38,314 nt of DNA, from assembly GCA_050013715.1 (NCBI GenBank), contig JBEKES010000004.1, positions 1-38,314 on the forward strand, written 5' to 3'. The DNA is from Candidatus Micrarchaeaceae archaeon (GTDB lineage Archaea; Micrarchaeota; Micrarchaeia; Micrarchaeales; Micrarchaeaceae). The translations under genes and the position numbers were made by a program. Positions 1-9,513 of this stretch are shown here, in pieces. Each line of letters begins with the position of its first letter. Position 1 is the first letter of the stretch. Under the pieces are notes generated by a model, which saw only the letters and a list, made by a program, of their open reading frames with translations, had not been told where the DNA came from and ran no database searches.

Positions 1-1
1 C

Positions 2-499
2 TATGCAATGAACGGTGCAAGGCACGTTTACGCACTAGAACCATATCCGTATTTCTACAATATAGGTTTGAAGAACATACAGACAAACAAGCTAAACAAG
101 AAAATAACTCTGATAAATGCCGGATGCGGCAGCGAGACAAGCAAAGCGCAGTTGAATGAGTCTGATACTAATTTCAACAGAGTTCAATCAAAAGGAAAAA
201 GCACAAAAGGGATAAATATAATGAGCCTTAACGAAATAGTAAAGAAATACGATATAAGAAACGGATCGCTGAAAGTAGACTGCGAAGGCTGCGAATACGA
301 CATAATACTAAAAACAGATTCGAACATACTCAGAAGATTCTCGTATATACAGATAGAATACCATTACGGATATGCCAATCTTCTGGAAAGACTAAAGGAA
401 GCAGGATTCAAAGTTGAATACACAAAACCATTGAAGAAATACAACTTCGTAACAAGCAGCTTCATGGTCATTGGCTTTATAAATGCCAGAAGATTATAG
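2..499 (+). CDS. FkbM-family SAM-dependent methyltransferase (5' truncated by the window edge)
   Basis: Frame is open from base 2 (YAMNGARHVYALEP). LKVDCEGCEY and IQIEYH are typical FkbM motifs. Paralogous to 11010..11696. Confidence 0.85.
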   Translation, partial: YAMNGARHVYALEPYPYFYNIGLKNIQTNKLNKKITLINAGCGSETSKAQLNESDTNFNRVQSKGKSTKGINIMSLNEIVKKYDIRNGSLKVDCEGCEYDIILKTDSNILRRFSYIQIEYHYGYANLLERLKEAGFKVEYTKPLKKYNFVTSSFMVIGFINARRL

Positions 500-524
500 C
501 TAAATGCTATTCATTGGTGCTTAA

Positions 525-1997
525 ATAAAATCCAGGAAAAAAATTTATATAATCGGAATAGACTCGGCGCCGCTCTGGATAATCTCAAAACTCTACAAAA
601 AATACAACATGAAGGGCTTCGAATATTTCATGAAAGCCAATGCTGTTAAGGAAATGAAATCGACAATACCTCCTGTTACATCAGCAGCATGGCCCAGCAT
701 ATATACCGGAAAAAAACCAAATGAGCACCAGATGATGGATTTCCTTCACATAGACAAGAATTATACAAGACAGCTTTTGTATTATGACACAGAAGAGCAT
801 AATCCATTCTGGGAGGTATTGGCAAAAAAAGGAAAGAAAAGCCTTGTTATAACTCCGCCAATAGTATTGCAGAGAAGCAATTCAAAGAATGTTGATTTAA
901 TAACCGGATGGCCGCTGCCGCCAAAATATTCCTCAAAGGAATTAGAGGAAATAGCAAAAAGGTTCGGATTTGATGGTGAACCGGATATTGGTGTAGATCT
1001 GGACAAGAAAACGCTTCCCTTGGCAGAAGGAACAGAACTCTATGTAAAAAGCATAGAATCAAGATCAGAATATGCAAAATATCTCATAAAAAGGAAAGAT
1101 TATGATTTGGTATTCGTGTGCTTCACAGAAACGGATAGGATAGCGCACTACGCGCTCAATAGAAAGGATTGGGAAAAGTATACTGCTCCTATTTACAAAT
1201 CTGTTTCGAATTTCATAGAGTGGGTAATTGAATACTCAAAAGATGAGGAAAATTCAAGCATAATGATCCTTTCGGACCATGGTGCCCAACCAATAAAAAA
1301 CAAATTCCTTGTTAATACGTGGTTGATAGATAATAATTACGCAATGGTAAAACCTGATGGTAAAAAATCAGGAAAAAGTTCTCTAACATCAGCCAAAAAA
1401 TATGTGAGCGAGAAAGTAATGAAACTCAAAATACGTAGGGCAATATACAACAATATGCCATCTTTCCTGAAAAAGGCAGCTGAAAAAATGATAGACGAGA
1501 GTTTGGAAGAGTCGCAAGATGCTAATCACATAAAGATACAGGAAAGCGATTTCGAAATGCAGAAAACAAAGGCATTTGCCGCTGTTTCGTATGGTCCTTG
1601 CGGAATGATCTGGATCAACGACGATAGATTTGCAAATCCGGGAACAAACAAAAAAGAGACAAAACTTCTCAAGAAAGAACTAATGAACAAATTAAGCATG
1701 ATAAAAGATCCTAACAAGAACAAATTAATTATAGACATAATTGACGGCAGTAAATATTATGAAGGGGCAAGCAAATTCATAGCACCAGATATACTCTTCC
1801 AGCTCAGGGACAATTATCTTGTTGATTTCTCGTACCTTTCAACTCAAGGAATATTCATGAAGCCAGAACCGTATAGAAGCGGCGATCACTCAATTAACGG
1901 GATATTCGGCTGGATAGGCAAAAGAAATGTTTCTCTGATTAAAGGAAAAGCTTCTATTTATGATGTGCATCAAGATATATTGGATTATTTCTCTTAA
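525..1997 (+). CDS. Alkaline phosphatase superfamily protein (type I phosphodiesterase/nucleotide pyrophosphatase-like), cytoplasmic
   Basis: Motifs IYIIGIDSA (in frame upstream of the ATG at 609), PPVTSAAWPSIYTG, TETDRIAH, ILSDHG, SGDHSING. No signal peptide. Start placed at ATA 525, directly after an in-frame TAA and 5 nt after GGTG. Confidence 0.8.
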   Translation: MKSRKKIYIIGIDSAPLWIISKLYKKYNMKGFEYFMKANAVKEMKSTIPPVTSAAWPSIYTGKKPNEHQMMDFLHIDKNYTRQLLYYDTEEHNPFWEVLAKKGKKSLVITPPIVLQRSNSKNVDLITGWPLPPKYSSKELEEIAKRFGFDGEPDIGVDLDKKTLPLAEGTELYVKSIESRSEYAKYLIKRKDYDLVFVCFTETDRIAHYALNRKDWEKYTAPIYKSVSNFIEWVIEYSKDEENSSIMILSDHGAQPIKNKFLVNTWLIDNNYAMVKPDGKKSGKSSLTSAKKYVSEKVMKLKIRRAIYNNMPSFLKKAAEKMIDESLEESQDANHIKIQESDFEMQKTKAFAAVSYGPCGMIWINDDRFANPGTNKKETKLLKKELMNKLSMIKDPNKNKLIIDIIDGSKYYEGASKFIAPDILFQLRDNYLVDFSYLSTQGIFMKPEPYRSGDHSINGIFGWIGKRNVSLIKGKASIYDVHQDILDYFS

Positions 1998-2006
1998 TGT
2001 GCTGAT

Positions 2007-2732
2007 TTGATGTTTGCTATAAAAAACAGAATATATGGTTTTAAAATTTGCCAAATCTGGTTTGCACAACAGCCGGTAGATACCAAAGGCTTTGACAGAA
2101 CAATGTTCTACTGCTGTAAAAAGGACGGAGAATTTGCAGGATTCAAAAAATATACCTCATATGCAAACATAATCGACCTAACCCAACCCATTGAGAAAAT
2201 ACGAAAGGGTTTCAACGACACTACAAGAAATGAGATAAGGCGTGCAGAAAAGGAGGGGATCCAATTCAAAGTAAACTCAGATTATGATGAATTTCTCAAA
2301 TTATTCAACCAATTCATAAAAAGGAAAAAACTGAAATTGCCCAAAATGACAAAAGAAAACCTTGAAATGCAGAAACATTTCCTGTTCACTGCACATTACA
2401 AAGGAAAGCTAATATCTGCGCACTACTATCTTGTTGAAGATGATCTGATATGGTTGCTATTTAGCTGCTCTATGGAGCCAAACAGCGAAATAAACCGCCA
2501 ATATCTCAGTTATTCATCAAGATATCTTCACTACAAAGCGATAGAATACGCAAAAGACAAAAACTACAGGCAATTCAGTTTCTCTTCAATAGGGAATGGT
2601 AAATCCGAATTTGGATCCAGCATAGCGAAATTCAAACTAGGCTTCGGTGGAGAAATAATTGAAAAAAAGTTTTACATAAAAGACTATTCCCCAATACTGA
2701 AATCAGTGCAGTATGTAAAATCACTCATTTAA
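2007..2732 (+). CDS. FemAB/FemX-like GNAT-fold (amino)acyltransferase
   Basis: IIDLTQPIEKIRKGFNDTTRNEIRRAEKEGI and AKFKLGFGG match the FemABX C-terminal GNAT domain. Confidence 0.7.
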   Translation: MMFAIKNRIYGFKICQIWFAQQPVDTKGFDRTMFYCCKKDGEFAGFKKYTSYANIIDLTQPIEKIRKGFNDTTRNEIRRAEKEGIQFKVNSDYDEFLKLFNQFIKRKKLKLPKMTKENLEMQKHFLFTAHYKGKLISAHYYLVEDDLIWLLFSCSMEPNSEINRQYLSYSSRYLHYKAIEYAKDKNYRQFSFSSIGNGKSEFGSSIAKFKLGFGGEIIEKKFYIKDYSPILKSVQYVKSLI

Positions 2733-3869
2733 GATTTCTTTAACTGCCTTTATTACTCTGTTTACATCAGATTCGCTCATTTTTGGGAAAAGCGGCAATG
2801 ATACTTCATGCTCGTAAAGCCATTTTGTAACTGGAAGATCATTTGGTTTGAATCCAAAAGTTCTTTTGTAGAATGGATGCATATGCAAAGGTATGAAGTG
2901 CACGCTGCATCCTATACCTCGTTCGCTCATCTCGTCTATGAATTTTGATCTATCGTAATTTTCCAAAATAAGCGGGTAAAGATGGTAGGCATTGTCTCTG
3001 TCTGATTTTCTTGTAGGTATTCGAAGCCCTTTGATTTTGCTGAATTCCTTATCGTACATTTTGGCATATTTTTTTCTTAGATTCATAAGTTTGTCAATTT
3101 TACCCATTTGAGCTATTCCTAGCGCTGCTTCCAAATCAGTAGGATTGTACTTCCATCCTGATTCCTCTATTTCGTAATACCAGCTGCCGCTTTTGGTATA
3201 TCTTTTCCACGCATCTTTGCTTATTCCATGAAGTCTTAGTACTTTTAACTTGTTGGCTAATTTCTTATCGGATGTTGCAACTGCGCCTCCCTCTCCTGTT
3301 GTTATGTTCTTTGTAGCGTAGAAGCTGAAGCATGTGGCTTTGCTGAATGTTCCTATCTTTTTCCTTTTGTAAGATGTTCCAATGGCATGTGCAGCGTCTT
3401 CTATTACAATGAGCTTATGTTTTTTTGCAATTTTGGTTATCTCATCAATGTCGCAGGATTGGCCGCCAAAATGAACAGGAATTATTGCCTTTGTCCTTTT
3501 TGTAATCGCTTGTTCGATTTTTTTAGGGTCTATACAGAATGTATCTTTCTGAACATCAACAAGAACTGGTTTTGCTCCAACATTTATTACTACTTCACCA
3601 GTAGCTGCAAAAGTATAGGATGGAATTATTACCTCATCACCTTTTCCTATCCCTAATGCGATCAAGCATAAATGCATTGCAGCAGTTGCGGAATTCACGC
3701 AAACAACATGCTTTGAGCCAACATACTTTGCAATAAGTTCCTCAAACTGATGGGTTTTTGGACCCATGGTAATCCATCCGCTTTTCAGCGAATCTACAAC
3801 TCCATCTATTTCTTCTTTTTCTATGTAAGGCCTTGCAAAAGGCAAATAATTCTGTTTACTATTTGGCAT
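2721..3869 (-). CDS. DegT/DnrJ/EryC1/StrS PLP-dependent NDP-sugar aminotransferase
   Basis: SGWITMGP, NSATAAMHL, PVHFGG, IEDAAHAIG, SFYATKNITTGEGG (PLP lysine), SLPLFP. Start taken at ATG 3869, just after the upstream gene's stop. Confidence 0.93.
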   Translation of the reverse strand: MPNSKQNYLPFARPYIEKEEIDGVVDSLKSGWITMGPKTHQFEELIAKYVGSKHVVCVNSATAAMHLCLIALGIGKGDEVIIPSYTFAATGEVVINVGAKPVLVDVQKDTFCIDPKKIEQAITKRTKAIIPVHFGGQSCDIDEITKIAKKHKLIVIEDAAHAIGTSYKRKKIGTFSKATCFSFYATKNITTGEGGAVATSDKKLANKLKVLRLHGISKDAWKRYTKSGSWYYEIEESGWKYNPTDLEAALGIAQMGKIDKLMNLRKKYAKMYDKEFSKIKGLRIPTRKSDRDNAYHLYPLILENYDRSKFIDEMSERGIGCSVHFIPLHMHPFYKRTFGFKPNDLPVTKWLYEHEVSLPLFPKMSESDVNRVIKAVKEILNE

Positions 3870-3873
3870 TTGA

Positions 3874-4839
3874 TCAACCCGCCTTTGTCCATTGCTCAAA
3901 TCTATAATTCTTGTACCAGTTCATAAGCGACTCAAGCCCTTTGTCAAAGCTGTATTTGGGCTCCCATCCAAGCAGTTTTTTAGCATATGAGGCATCTGCT
4001 ATTAGCCTGTCAACTTCTCCGGGTCTTTTGTCTACAAATACTGGTTTTAGTGTTTTCTCCTTACCAGCATATTTTATTATTTTATTCGCAACTTCCATAA
4101 TTGATACTTCTTTTCCTGTTCCGAAGTTTATTGGTTTCGGGATTGGTTTCGAATATTTGAATATGCAGTCATATGCAGCAACCGTATCTTGAACGTAGGT
4201 ATAATCCCTTGTTTGTTTTCCATCACCATATATTATCGGAGGTTCATTGTTCATTACTCTTTTTGCGAATATTGAGATAACTCCTCCATAACCAGTGTCT
4301 CTTTGTCTTGGTCCAAATATGTTGAAGTTTCGAACTATTGCTACATCCATACCATACGTATCTATGTAAGCAAGGCACATTCTATCAGCAGCTGTTTTAC
4401 TTGCACCATATATATGAGGTGCATCAAGTGGATGGTCCTCTTTAATCGGAACTGTTTGTGCAGAACCGTAAACCTCACTAGAAGAAGCATATATTACCTT
4501 TTTTACATCAAGCATTCTTGCTGCTTCAAGTACATTCAAGGTCCCCATAACATTTGTATCGTATGTCAATTTTGGCTCTATTATTGATCTATCTACATGA
4601 ATTTGGGCAGCCAAATGGAATACCACATCAACACCATTTGTTGCTTTTTCTACAGTTTCTAAGTTCCTTACGTCTCCTGTTATAAGTTTGAAGTTTTTAA
4701 GATGCAACAAACTTCTTATATTGCTTATGTTCCCACTCTCAAAGTGATCTAAACATAAAACAGTATGTCCTTCTTTTACATATTTTTCACAAATATGGCT
4801 CCCTATAAAACCCGCCCCGCCAGTTATTAATATTTTCAT
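3874..4839 (-). CDS. NAD-dependent NDP-sugar epimerase/dehydratase (extended SDR)
   Basis: ILITGGAGFIGSH, HLAAQIHVD, SSSEVYG, YGASK, NIFGPRQ, GDGKQTRDY. GGTGA RBS precedes ATG 4839. Confidence 0.93.
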   Translation of the reverse strand: MKILITGGAGFIGSHICEKYVKEGHTVLCLDHFESGNISNIRSLLHLKNFKLITGDVRNLETVEKATNGVDVVFHLAAQIHVDRSIIEPKLTYDTNVMGTLNVLEAARMLDVKKVIYASSSEVYGSAQTVPIKEDHPLDAPHIYGASKTAADRMCLAYIDTYGMDVAIVRNFNIFGPRQRDTGYGGVISIFAKRVMNNEPPIIYGDGKQTRDYTYVQDTVAAYDCIFKYSKPIPKPINFGTGKEVSIMEVANKIIKYAGKEKTLKPVFVDKRPGEVDRLIADASYAKKLLGWEPKYSFDKGLESLMNWYKNYRFEQWTKAG

Positions 4840-4977
4840 CAAATTCACCAAACATACTTATTATTCACTTTATATAATTGTCCTAGAAAGTTATATATAA
4901 GAACTGTCTACAATCTCTTGATTGGCAATAAATGAGATAAATCAATATCTAAATATTCTATCAATCATGTGCTTAAT

Positions 4978-6171
4978 ATGGTATCTAAAAAATCAAATCT
5001 GCTGATAATACCAAACACATTGGCAACTTTCGGAGGAGGAGAGCACCTAGCATTTGACCTATATCATAAACTTGGATACAAATTTGATGTTAAAATACTA
5101 AATCCCATATCAAAAAAAGATCTTATAAGAACAGAAAAATCTAAACTCCTAAAACAGTACAGTATAAGTCCAAAAGACATTGTTGATGTAAAGTGCAGAA
5201 GTTTTAGGATGAAAACTTACGGTAACGAGGAATTCTTGTTCATGATACCCACTTCAGAAGGTTTGAATGAACTTAGAGAAGCAGTAAAAGAGGCAGATTC
5301 AATATATGGGATAAGCCAAAATCCACTTATTCTAAATCATGCTGTAAACTATTCAAACAAGTTCAATACAAAGTATGTGTTTGCAATACAAAATTATCTT
5401 TTCTCAAGCTTTTTCGACAAGAGTCAAGGATTTAAATCAAACATGCAAAAATGGGCATACAGAAGAATTCTAAACAAAATAAAGTACTATCATGCTCTTA
5501 ATTCATATGACGCACAATTAGTAAAGGATAACATTCCAAACGCAAAACCATATCTTGTACCTGGATTTGCAGAATTCAAAAACAACAAATTACCATTCAA
5601 TAAAAACGAATTTACTGTTTTATGGGTTGGAAGACTTGATAAGTATCAAAAGGGTGTAGATCTTTTCTGCGACGTAGTTGAAAAAGTTTTGGCAAAAGAA
5701 ACCTCGATTAAATTTAGGGTGTATGGCGGAGGCGAGGACGGAGAACCTCTTATAAAAGCACTCGTGTCTAGGCATGGCAAAAATGTTGAATGGCCAGGAT
5801 TTGTGCCCTATGCTAAAGTAAAGGAAGGCTACAAGGATGCAAATCTATTGGCATTTACTGCAAGAGGAGAAGAACTTAGATATTTCCCATTGGTTTTCCT
5901 TGAAGGTCAGGCGCTTGGATTACCAATAGTTGTATTTGATGGAAAAGGCTACAAAGGAATAATTACAGATAACGTGGAAGGTTCTTTGATAAAGCCTTTC
6001 AATACAGATGATTTTGCGAATGCAATACTCAAATATTACAAAATATGGAAAGCCAGCAAAAATGATTATATTAAACTTAAGAAAAAGATATCAGTTCTTA
6101 CGAAAGAGAAATTTGGAGACGAAGTTATAATACCTAAAATGGCAAAAATGCTAACTCCGAACGACAAATGA
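4978..6171 (+). CDS. Glycosyltransferase family 4 (GT-B)
   Basis: N-terminal GGGEH, WVGRLDKYQKGVD, and FPLVFLEGQALGLPIV (variant of the E-x7-E region). Confidence 0.88.
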   Translation: MVSKKSNLLIIPNTLATFGGGEHLAFDLYHKLGYKFDVKILNPISKKDLIRTEKSKLLKQYSISPKDIVDVKCRSFRMKTYGNEEFLFMIPTSEGLNELREAVKEADSIYGISQNPLILNHAVNYSNKFNTKYVFAIQNYLFSSFFDKSQGFKSNMQKWAYRRILNKIKYYHALNSYDAQLVKDNIPNAKPYLVPGFAEFKNNKLPFNKNEFTVLWVGRLDKYQKGVDLFCDVVEKVLAKETSIKFRVYGGGEDGEPLIKALVSRHGKNVEWPGFVPYAKVKEGYKDANLLAFTARGEELRYFPLVFLEGQALGLPIVVFDGKGYKGIITDNVEGSLIKPFNTDDFANAILKYYKIWKASKNDYIKLKKKISVLTKEKFGDEVIIPKMAKMLTPNDK

Positions 6172-6214
6172 AAACGTATTTATATTTCATATGTTGTTAT
6201 TATAATGTGATAAA

Positions 6215-7666
6215 GTGAGTGGAACGCAAAGATTAACGAGTGTTAATCCAGCAACGCTAAATGCTATACTAAGGACAAGCGTCAAATCTCCGTTTCACGG
6301 TCAAAATCTAATACTAAGGGCAAATGAGTACCATGAAAGATTCAATGCAGTATTAGAAAGACATCCAGATTTGGATGATAAATCTCTTGCCGCTGCGTTT
6401 GACAAATTCAACCTATGGTTTGATGAAAAGGATAATCAAATTATCGCGGCAAAATTCATAAGTGATGCAGTAAAAGCAATGCAAATAAATGAACCTCAAA
6501 TACTATCAGAGAGCCACGACATATTCCATCTTTCAGAATCGATGCTTTGCTTACTGGATGACAAGGCTAGAGGAATAGATACCGACAACGCAACTATATT
6601 TACCACTGCTGTAATAACACTTCTTCATGACCTTGGAAGGCATACTGAAAAGATGCTTACAACTCAACAGATAGATTTAGCCTCAAGTTTACATCACGAT
6701 GAACTTAGCTTTAATGCTTCTAGAAAAATATTAAAGAAATTGACAAATTCTGCTGAAGTTCCTGAAGAGTTAAGGGAATTCGTATCTACTGTAATAGGTA
6801 CAGGACTTAAGAATATAGGTGCTATAAACAAGTTTTACTCATTTGCAGTTGCATATGATACTGACAGAAGGCAGCTTCTAGGTTCTCCAACTGCACCAAG
6901 AGATATACTTTACTATGGAGGCATGCAAGGCAAAAGCCTTTCCACAAGAGAAATACTGAAAGCACCACCAGGATACACTCATTACGATACTGGCGGATGG
7001 TTTGGCCAACACAATACAATGGCACGTGGTGTTTATAGAGATCCAGGAATAAAGGAAACTAGAAGATTGGATGATGTTTTTGATCAATTAACAATAGAAG
7101 CTGCAACAATAGTTATGCTTGGATGCTGCGGCAGAGAAGATTTTCTAAATCATGCATTCGATACAGATCTTGGATTGGTTGAAGTTCCTAAAGAAAGATT
7201 AACCAATGAAAATGGTCCGTGGTGGCCAAAGAAACCAATACCAAAAGAATTACTTGCAAAGGCAAAAGAGGAAGCAGAAGAAGTAGAAAGGTATATCAAA
7301 AATCCTTTCGGGATTGGAGGAAGTGGTTTCATCAGTTTAATGAAGCTTTATTTAAGTGATCATAACACCGTAATAGCCAAAGAGCATTTAGATAATGTAA
7401 TTAAAAACATTAGAAACGATTTCGATGAAAATGATCTATTGGCATGGACCAGAATAATCTATTATGTAAATAGAAAGGGCATTGAAAGACATTTGAGAAG
7501 AGAGAAAGTTCTTCAAGAAGAACAACAGAAGCAAACGTTCCTGGCTAGTGTTTCAGAACCATTTTTAGATGTAGTAGTTGGACGTACTAATGTAATCAGT
7601 GGAACTTATAGTAAGATCCAGAGTTCTAAAAATATGTGTCTTTGGATACATAATACACAGGATTAA
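6215..7666 (+). CDS. HD-domain-like hypothetical protein
   Basis: 483-aa ORF with ordered motifs SHDIFH, LLHDLGRH, HHDELS, YDTDRRQLLG resembling HD phosphohydrolases. Has its own TATA box. Confidence 0.55.
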   Translation: MSGTQRLTSVNPATLNAILRTSVKSPFHGQNLILRANEYHERFNAVLERHPDLDDKSLAAAFDKFNLWFDEKDNQIIAAKFISDAVKAMQINEPQILSESHDIFHLSESMLCLLDDKARGIDTDNATIFTTAVITLLHDLGRHTEKMLTTQQIDLASSLHHDELSFNASRKILKKLTNSAEVPEELREFVSTVIGTGLKNIGAINKFYSFAVAYDTDRRQLLGSPTAPRDILYYGGMQGKSLSTREILKAPPGYTHYDTGGWFGQHNTMARGVYRDPGIKETRRLDDVFDQLTIEAATIVMLGCCGREDFLNHAFDTDLGLVEVPKERLTNENGPWWPKKPIPKELLAKAKEEAEEVERYIKNPFGIGGSGFISLMKLYLSDHNTVIAKEHLDNVIKNIRNDFDENDLLAWTRIIYYVNRKGIERHLRREKVLQEEQQKQTFLASVSEPFLDVVVGRTNVISGTYSKIQSSKNMCLWIHNTQD

Positions 7667-7693
7667 AGCAAGTAAGTTAATACTATAAACCTT

Positions 7694-8503
7694 TTATCTG
7701 TTCCAGAAAATTACTTCCCCAGTTGCAGTTTCTATGTCTTTCAATTGTTTTACTATCCCGCTGTCGTACTGACTTGCATACATTTTCTTGAAGAGTGATG
7801 TTTTTTCCTTTGCATTGAAACTAATTTTATCATATGTGCTGAAAGATTTTGGAACTGCACTTTTCAATTTTTGTATCGAATTATAATTGTATTCACTTAT
7901 GTATGGAATATCTGCGTATAATCCTATCCTGAAATCATTTGCAAGAGATTCTGCAAAATTCCTTAGCATTATATGGTCGAGATGATCTCCAATTCCCATA
8001 GGCGCTAGTATGTATTGTATATTGCTTTCTAATTGGCCCATTATTGAACCTATTGCTTCCTCAAACATCAACTCTTCAGCGCGTTTTTTTACATATTTGT
8101 CTCCAATTATTTTCGCCTTTTTCAACTGCTTTGCCAATATAAACTGGTAATAAGTATCAACTGCAGCATCCTTGAAGCCCAAGAAAAGTGGAAGATAAGA
8201 TATCTTTTTAGTTTTAAGATTATCTGAGTAAGATAATTCCTCTTTCATTCTTGTAAGGCTTGCATTTGCAAGTGCCTTGAAGTCGCTTTTCACGTTTGTT
8301 TTTACAAGACTATCTGTAGCTGTAAAAACATTTATTGCGATTATGTTAGTTCCGAGTTTATGCGAAACTATTGCAGAATTCAAAGAAAGGAAAACATCGT
8401 CCATGTGCGGCGAGAGTATCAAAGTAACTGGTTCTTTCTTCAGTTTCCTTATGCTGTCCCATTTAGTAAGGAATCTTTTATAGTGTTTTAAGCTATCTGC
8501 CAT
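7694..8503 (-). CDS. PIG-L/LmbE-family N-acetyl sugar deacetylase
   Basis: LSPHMDDVFLS, APMGIGDHLDH, YADIPY, YASQ. Start probably ATG 8503; TTG 8548 is possible. Confidence 0.8.
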   Translation of the reverse strand: MADSLKHYKRFLTKWDSIRKLKKEPVTLILSPHMDDVFLSLNSAIVSHKLGTNIIAINVFTATDSLVKTNVKSDFKALANASLTRMKEELSYSDNLKTKKISYLPLFLGFKDAAVDTYYQFILAKQLKKAKIIGDKYVKKRAEELMFEEAIGSIMGQLESNIQYILAPMGIGDHLDHIMLRNFAESLANDFRIGLYADIPYISEYNYNSIQKLKSAVPKSFSTYDKISFNAKEKTSLFKKMYASQYDSGIVKQLKDIETATGEVIFWNR

Positions 8504-8621
8504 AGGATCAATTAGATAAGTGCAATAATCTAATAAATATCTTTTCAATCGAATAAATAGATTCTGTACAGTAGCTACTTCTATAAAATAAACAAATTGA
8601 TGAGTATAAAACTCATCAACC

Positions 8622-9431
8622 TTAATTGTAGCCTAATTCCCTAAGCCTTTGCATTGCTCTTTCCCTGGCTACTCCTCTTCCTGCCCTTTCATGCATCTCT
8701 GGACTCTTATTTGGAGTAGTATCTAAAGTGGAACCCAATGAAGTGTATCCTTTGTCATATATTGGGTGATGCGGCAGATTGTTTATTTTTAAATATTCTT
8801 TTACGTCTTCCCTTTTCCAGAATAATATCGGATGAACTCTCATATGTGGTGGATTAAGATTCGGCCTTGGTGAGAATATGCTTTCTTTGGCTCTTTCTTC
8901 ATGCTCAACTCCTCGTATACCTCCCATGAATGCATCCATATTTAATAGCTTGATTCCGCTAAGCAAAGGCTCTATTTTGTTGGCCTTGTTAAAGGCAAGA
9001 GTAAATTCTGTTGTTCCAAATCCAAATTTGGATTTGAATTCCTCCATTCTATCCGGGTATGTTCTTACAATGGTAAGGCTTGTTATTCCCCAGTCCTCTC
9101 TTATCCTATTTACAAATTCTGCTGTTTCTTCGAATTCATAACAAGTATCTACCATTAAAATAGGAACATCGTGCTTTACCTTTAATACCTGGTGAAGCAT
9201 GCATAATGAATCGGATCCTCCAGAGAATCCAACGCCCGCATTTTTATATTTCTTAAATGTTTCCCTAATTATTTCATCCGTCTTTTTTATTTTCTCATCC
9301 AATGAACTATTTAATAATGCCCTTATTTCAGGCTTCATAAGATCTATGCATCGTTGAGTTCTGTCAGAGCCAAATTCGTCCTCTTTTGGTTGTTCTACTT
9401 TGTCCTTTATTTCATTTTTTCCCTTTGCCAT
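8622..9431 (-). CDS. PAPS-reductase/CysD-fold PP-loop protein lacking reductase cysteines; candidate sulfate adenylyltransferase
   Basis: GFSGGSDS PP-loop, VDT, KIEPL, GIRGVEHEERAKE, RVHPILFW, YDKGYTSLG, ERAGR. No ECG(L/I)H tail and no CC/CxxC. Confidence 0.75.
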   Translation of the reverse strand: MAKGKNEIKDKVEQPKEDEFGSDRTQRCIDLMKPEIRALLNSSLDEKIKKTDEIIRETFKKYKNAGVGFSGGSDSLCMLHQVLKVKHDVPILMVDTCYEFEETAEFVNRIREDWGITSLTIVRTYPDRMEEFKSKFGFGTTEFTLAFNKANKIEPLLSGIKLLNMDAFMGGIRGVEHEERAKESIFSPRPNLNPPHMRVHPILFWKREDVKEYLKINNLPHHPIYDKGYTSLGSTLDTTPNKSPEMHERAGRGVARERAMQRLRELGYN

Positions 9432-9513
9432 ACTACCATCTGCTATAATTATATATAATTATAAATACTAAAAAGTATTTAAAACTTTGCATTAAATTCT
9501 TTTAGCATCATAG

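Noticed and set aside
517..524. GTG at 517 as the start of the AlkP gene via a frameshift
   Set aside because: It is out of frame, hits TAA after three codons, and forms part of the GGTG RBS. AUA initiation is the simpler explanation.
2007..2732. FemAB-like genes as evidence of peptidoglycan synthesis or bacterial origin
   Set aside because: There are no mur genes, and the context is archaeal (aRF1, AglB, S-layer, TATA promoters).
3874..4839. Specific assignment as rmlB, galE, gmd or uxs
   Set aside because: The active-site segment SSSEVYG lacks the RmlB TDE signature and does not discriminate among the others.
8622..9431. Calling this gene cysH (assimilatory PAPS/APS reductase)
   Set aside because: The catalytic C-terminal Cys motif and the Fe-S cysteines are absent, and no other sulfate assimilation genes are nearby.
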